A DNA stretch of 39,770 bases from a virus (Duplodnaviria > Heunggongvirae > Uroviricota > Caudoviricetes): positions 1 to 39,770 of IMG/VR virus record IMGVR_UViG_2778261456_000009. The stretch is one strand, 5' to 3'. Below are positions 37,426 to 39,770 of this stretch, piece after piece (positions within the stretch are counted from its first letter, which is position 1; the number at the start of each line of letters is the position of its first letter). The position numbers and the translations under genes are program-made. The notes below the pieces were generated by a model. That model did no database searches. It was not told the DNA's origin and was given only the letters and a program-made list of their open reading frames with translations.

Positions 37426-37606
37426 AATTACCGCCACTATTGAAAAAGAAGGTGGCACTCCTACTAACTGGATAAGATATTCAAAATCTAAATTAACGAA
37501 ATCAGAATGCGAAAAAATGCTCTCAGGGAAAAAAGAAGCAGGCGTTTCCAGAGAGCAGAAAGTAAAACTGATAAATTTTAATTGCGAGAAACTTCTGTCC
37601 TCGTGA
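37418..37606 (+). CDS. ydaC: YdaC-like protein
   Basis: 62 aa MYKITATIEKEGGTPTNW...; overlaps ralR stop by 8 nt; gene order as recalled for Rac. Confidence 0.7.
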   Translation: MYKITATIEKEGGTPTNWIRYSKSKLTKSECEKMLSGKKEAGVSREQKVKLINFNCEKLLSS

Positions 37607-37661
37607 GTTGCATTGTATTCAAATTAAAACTTCATAGCTGATTATTAAAAATCAACCACAC

Positions 37662-37690
37662 CCGCCAGTATTCTGTATATTTACTGGCGG
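37662..37690 (+). other. Stem-loop upstream of xis
   Basis: CCGCCAGTA-TTCTGTATATT-TACTGGCGG, 9-bp stem, no U-run; 17 nt before xis RBS. Confidence 0.35.
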
Positions 37691-37706
37691 TCATATCGTA
37701 AGAGGT

Positions 37707-37994
37707 ATGGCAATGAATCTTGTGACACTCAAAACGTGGGGGAAACTCAGATATCCGGATAACCCACCATCAATATCAACGCTGAGACGATGGGCAAGGA
37801 ATGGAAACATTTATCCTGCACCTGAACTACACGGGAGGAGTTACAGGGTGGTTCCGGAAGCTTTCTATATCAACCCAAATAAGGTTGATACCGATATAAC
37901 ACACCATCAACCTAATGGGCGACAAGGGAGAGACGGTCCGTTACTGGAGAAGTTAAAACATGCAGCGGAAAAAATACGATCCCAATTTGCCTAA
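37707..37994 (+). CDS. xis: Excisionase (Xis-like)
   Basis: N-terminus (TLKTWGKLRYPDNPPSISTLRRWARNGNIYPAPELHGRSYRVV) parallels lambda Xis; AAGAGG RBS; 3' end overlaps int start as in lambda. Confidence 0.6.
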   Translation: MAMNLVTLKTWGKLRYPDNPPSISTLRRWARNGNIYPAPELHGRSYRVVPEAFYINPNKVDTDITHHQPNGRQGRDGPLLEKLKHAAEKIRSQFA

Positions 37995-39036
37995 AAACTT
38001 AACATATCGAAGGAGGGACAAAGCATATTACTGGCGCAACCCTCTGACGAAAGAAGAATTTACACTAGGTAAAATTTCAAGAAGAGATGCAGTAGCGCAG
38101 GCAATTGAAGCAAATCATTATATATACAAAAACTACTCTCCTGCTGCCTTAATTGAAAAACTTAAAGGGTTCGACTCATTTACTATGGCAGACTGGATTG
38201 AACGTTACAAAACGATTCTTATAAGGAGAAAAGTGTCCAGAAATACTTATAAAATTCGGGTAAATCAACTGGAGACAATAAAAGAAAAATTAGGAGGGAT
38301 TTTACTGACAGAAATAACCACTCGCCATATTGCCGAGTTTCTTGATTTGTGGATTGAAGGAGGGAAAAACACGATGGCAGGATCAATGCGTTCTGTGTTA
38401 TCTGATATGTTCCGCGAGGCCATTGTTGAAGGACGTATATCTCAAAATCCAGTAACGCCAACAAGAGCACCGAAAATAGTAGTTACAAGAGAACGGCTGA
38501 AACTAAAGACATACAACTGCATCAGGGAGGCAGCAGATCAACTTCCGGCATGGTTCCCATTAGCTATGGATTTAGCCCTTGTAACAGGACAACGTCGCGA
38601 AGACATAACGAATATGCGGTTCAGTGATATTTATGATGACCGTCTCCACATCAGGCAAATTAAGACAGGAATGATGATTGCTATCCCTCTGTCACTCAGC
38701 CTTCCTGTCGCTGGTCTACGGCTTGGTACAGTAGTTGAACGATGCCGCCTGGTAAGCCGGGGAGATTATCTAATCAGTGCCGGGATTAGAAAAAACAGCC
38801 CTGACGGCAGCATTCACCCGGATGGCCTGACAAAAAAATTTGTCGCAGCCAGAAAATTAACAGGTATCCAGTTCAGTGAAAACCCACCAACTTTTCACGA
38901 GATCAGAAGTCTGGCTGGACGATTGTACAAAGAAACATGTGGAGAAGAATTTGCCCAGCGCCTACTTGGTCACACATCGGAGAAGACAACAAAAATGTAT
39001 CTTGATGAGCGAGAAAAAACGTACTTACTGCTCTGA
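37960..39036 (+). CDS. int: Tyrosine integrase, lambda Int family
   Basis: 358 aa; alignable by eye to lambda Int (PPNL, FGLG, catalytic region with [11 protein letters not shown] and [13 protein letters not shown]). Confidence 0.9.
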   Translation: MQRKKYDPNLPKNLTYRRRDKAYYWRNPLTKEEFTLGKISRRDAVAQAIEANHYIYKNYSPAALIEKLKGFDSFTMADWIERYKTILIRRKVSRNTYKIRVNQLETIKEKLGGILLTEITTRHIAEFLDLWIEGGKNTMAGSMRSVLSDMFREAIVEGRISQNPVTPTRAPKIVVTRERLKLKTYNCIREAADQLPAWFPLAMDLALVTGQRREDITNMRFSDIYDDRLHIRQIKTGMMIAIPLSLSLPVAGLRLGTVVERCRLVSRGDYLISAGIRKNSPDGSIHPDGLTKKFVAARKLTGIQFSENPPTFHEIRSLAGRLYKETCGEEFAQRLLGHTSEKTTKMYLDEREKTYLLL

Positions 39037-39113
39037 TTTTAACGTAAATGGATTGTTAAATGTATATTGGTTGTGATATAACCAAAAAAGACCGGAATAC
39101 AGAAATTCGAGTA

Positions 39114-39133
39114 AATTTCGGGGAATTTCGGGG
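39114..39133. repeat. Perfect tandem 10-bp repeat AATTTCGGGG x2 in int-proximal att arm
   Basis: Read directly, about 80 bp downstream of int stop. Confidence 0.5.
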
Positions 39134-39174
39134 AGACGCTTGCAACTAATTGATTTTAAATACAATTAAAAAGA

Positions 39175-39201
39175 GACCGAATACGATTCCTGTATTCGGT
39201 C
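39175..39201. repeat. Hairpin GACCGAATAC-GATTCCT-GTATTCGGTC, with a direct copy of the arm at 39090-39100
   Basis: 10-bp perfect stem; AAAAAGACCGGAATAC at 39085-39100 repeats the left arm context. Confidence 0.4.
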
Positions 39202-39360
39202 CAGGGAAATGGCTCTTGGGAGAGAGCCGTGCGCTAAAAGTTGGCATTAATGCAGGCTTAGTTGCCTTGCCTTTTAAGAATAGATGACGACGCCAGGTTT
39301 TCCAGTTTGCGTGCAAAATGGTCAATAAAAAGCGTGGTGGTCATCAGCTGAAATGTTAAA

Positions 39361-39399
39361 AACCGCCCGTTCTGGTGAAAGAACTGAGGCGGTTTTTTT
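39361..39399. terminator. Bidirectional intrinsic terminator between prophage end and host gene
   Basis: AACCGCC...GGCGGTT stem with inner GTTCT/AGAAC pairing, then TTTTTTT on plus strand; on minus strand it follows the host gene stop (39429). Confidence 0.6.
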
Positions 39400-39428
39400 A
39401 TTGGAAATCAAAAGGCTATTTTAGGTAA

Positions 39429-39770
39429 TTAACAGAGTTTTTCAGCTCGTTCTATAAACGGTGCCAGACTCATTTTTTCGCCGGGATTGTTAGGATCATC
39501 AATCTGAATCACCGAAATGGGTTGGGCTTTAGTCTTCCCACTGGCAACTTCCTTTTGTGCGATATCGTTTAAAGGATACTGCACGAGGGTACTTGGGTTA
39601 ATGACATACAAAGCATTACCCGGTCTGCAAGTCAGCATCACCTCTTCGCGATTAAACGCCCATTTGTCTTTACCCACTTCAAAACGACTGACGGTAATCA
39701 CCTGCGGTGCAGCCAGCGCCGCTGCAGAACTGGTGAGTAACAGAAACGTCAGAATACTTTTTTTCATCAT
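39429..39770 (-). CDS. Small exported protein (host-like, signal peptide)
   Basis: 113 aa, cleavable signal peptide [20 protein letters not shown]; ATG at window edge; tentatively resembles enterobacterial YebY-type protein (from memory, unconfirmed). Confidence 0.65.
   Translation of the reverse strand: MMKKSILTFLLLTSSAAALAAPQVITVSRFEVGKDKWAFNREEVMLTCRPGNALYVINPSTLVQYPLNDIAQKEVASGKTKAQPISVIQIDDPNNPGEKMSLAPFIERAEKLC

Larger units (their letters stand above)
1..39300. mobile_element. Lambdoid prophage (Rac-type early/recombination module joined to a contractile-tail virion module), partial: left end outside window, right end between int and the host gene
   Basis: Contiguous phage gene order tail fibre, baseplate, tape measure, tube/sheath, head, portal, terminase, lysis, Q-like, nin-like, replication, cro/CI, kilR-recET-xis-int; host-like gene begins at 39429. 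Exact junction not determinable without the other att copy. Confidence 0.85.

Noticed and set aside
1-39770. Insertion sequences or transposase genes
   Set aside because: No ORF with transposase-like features and no terminal inverted repeats flanking a gene were seen; mosaic junctions look like ordinary phage module boundaries.

Overview
The window is about 39 kb of a lambdoid prophage of an Escherichia/Shigella-type genome, running from inside the tail-fibre cassette to the int-proximal attachment junction and a host gene at the right edge. All calls come from reading the sequence and ORF track by eye; no database search or structure prediction was run, and coordinates of non-ORF features are approximate to a few nt. 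Layout: minus strand 1-31310 carries the late operon of a contractile-tail (Mu/SfV/e14-like) virion (tail fibre, baseplate, tape measure, tube, sheath, capsid, portal, terminase), then the lysis cassette (holin, lambda R-type endolysin, Rz/Rz1), a Q-like gene, nin-like genes, a hok/mok toxin, accessory genes, replication genes (DnaC-like loader, initiator) and cro/ydaT-like genes. The plus strand from 31405 carries the CI-like repressor and a Rac-type early-left operon: kilR, ydaE, racC, recE, recT, ralR, ydaC, xis, int. No rRNA, tRNA, CRISPR array or IS element was seen. The most interesting items are: (1) an AT-rich lipoprotein moron inside the baseplate operon followed by an intrinsic terminator directly upstream of the spike gene; (2) a programmed -1 frameshift in the tail assembly chaperone, with a 74-codon open -1 frame bridging the apparent gap to the tape-measure gene; (3) a lambda-like OR/OL operator architecture with a probably leaderless repressor mRNA; (4) three copies of a 21-bp palindrome in and upstream of the replication initiator gene; (5) a hok/mok locus beside an unlisted 34-codon hydrophobic ORF with a strong RBS; (6) a poly-A length change that rewrites the RacC C-terminus. 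I could not identify a single clear multi-gene novel system; the lipoprotein moron and the hok/small-peptide/unknown-enzyme accessory island (24.5-26.8 kb) are the best candidates for undescribed biology.
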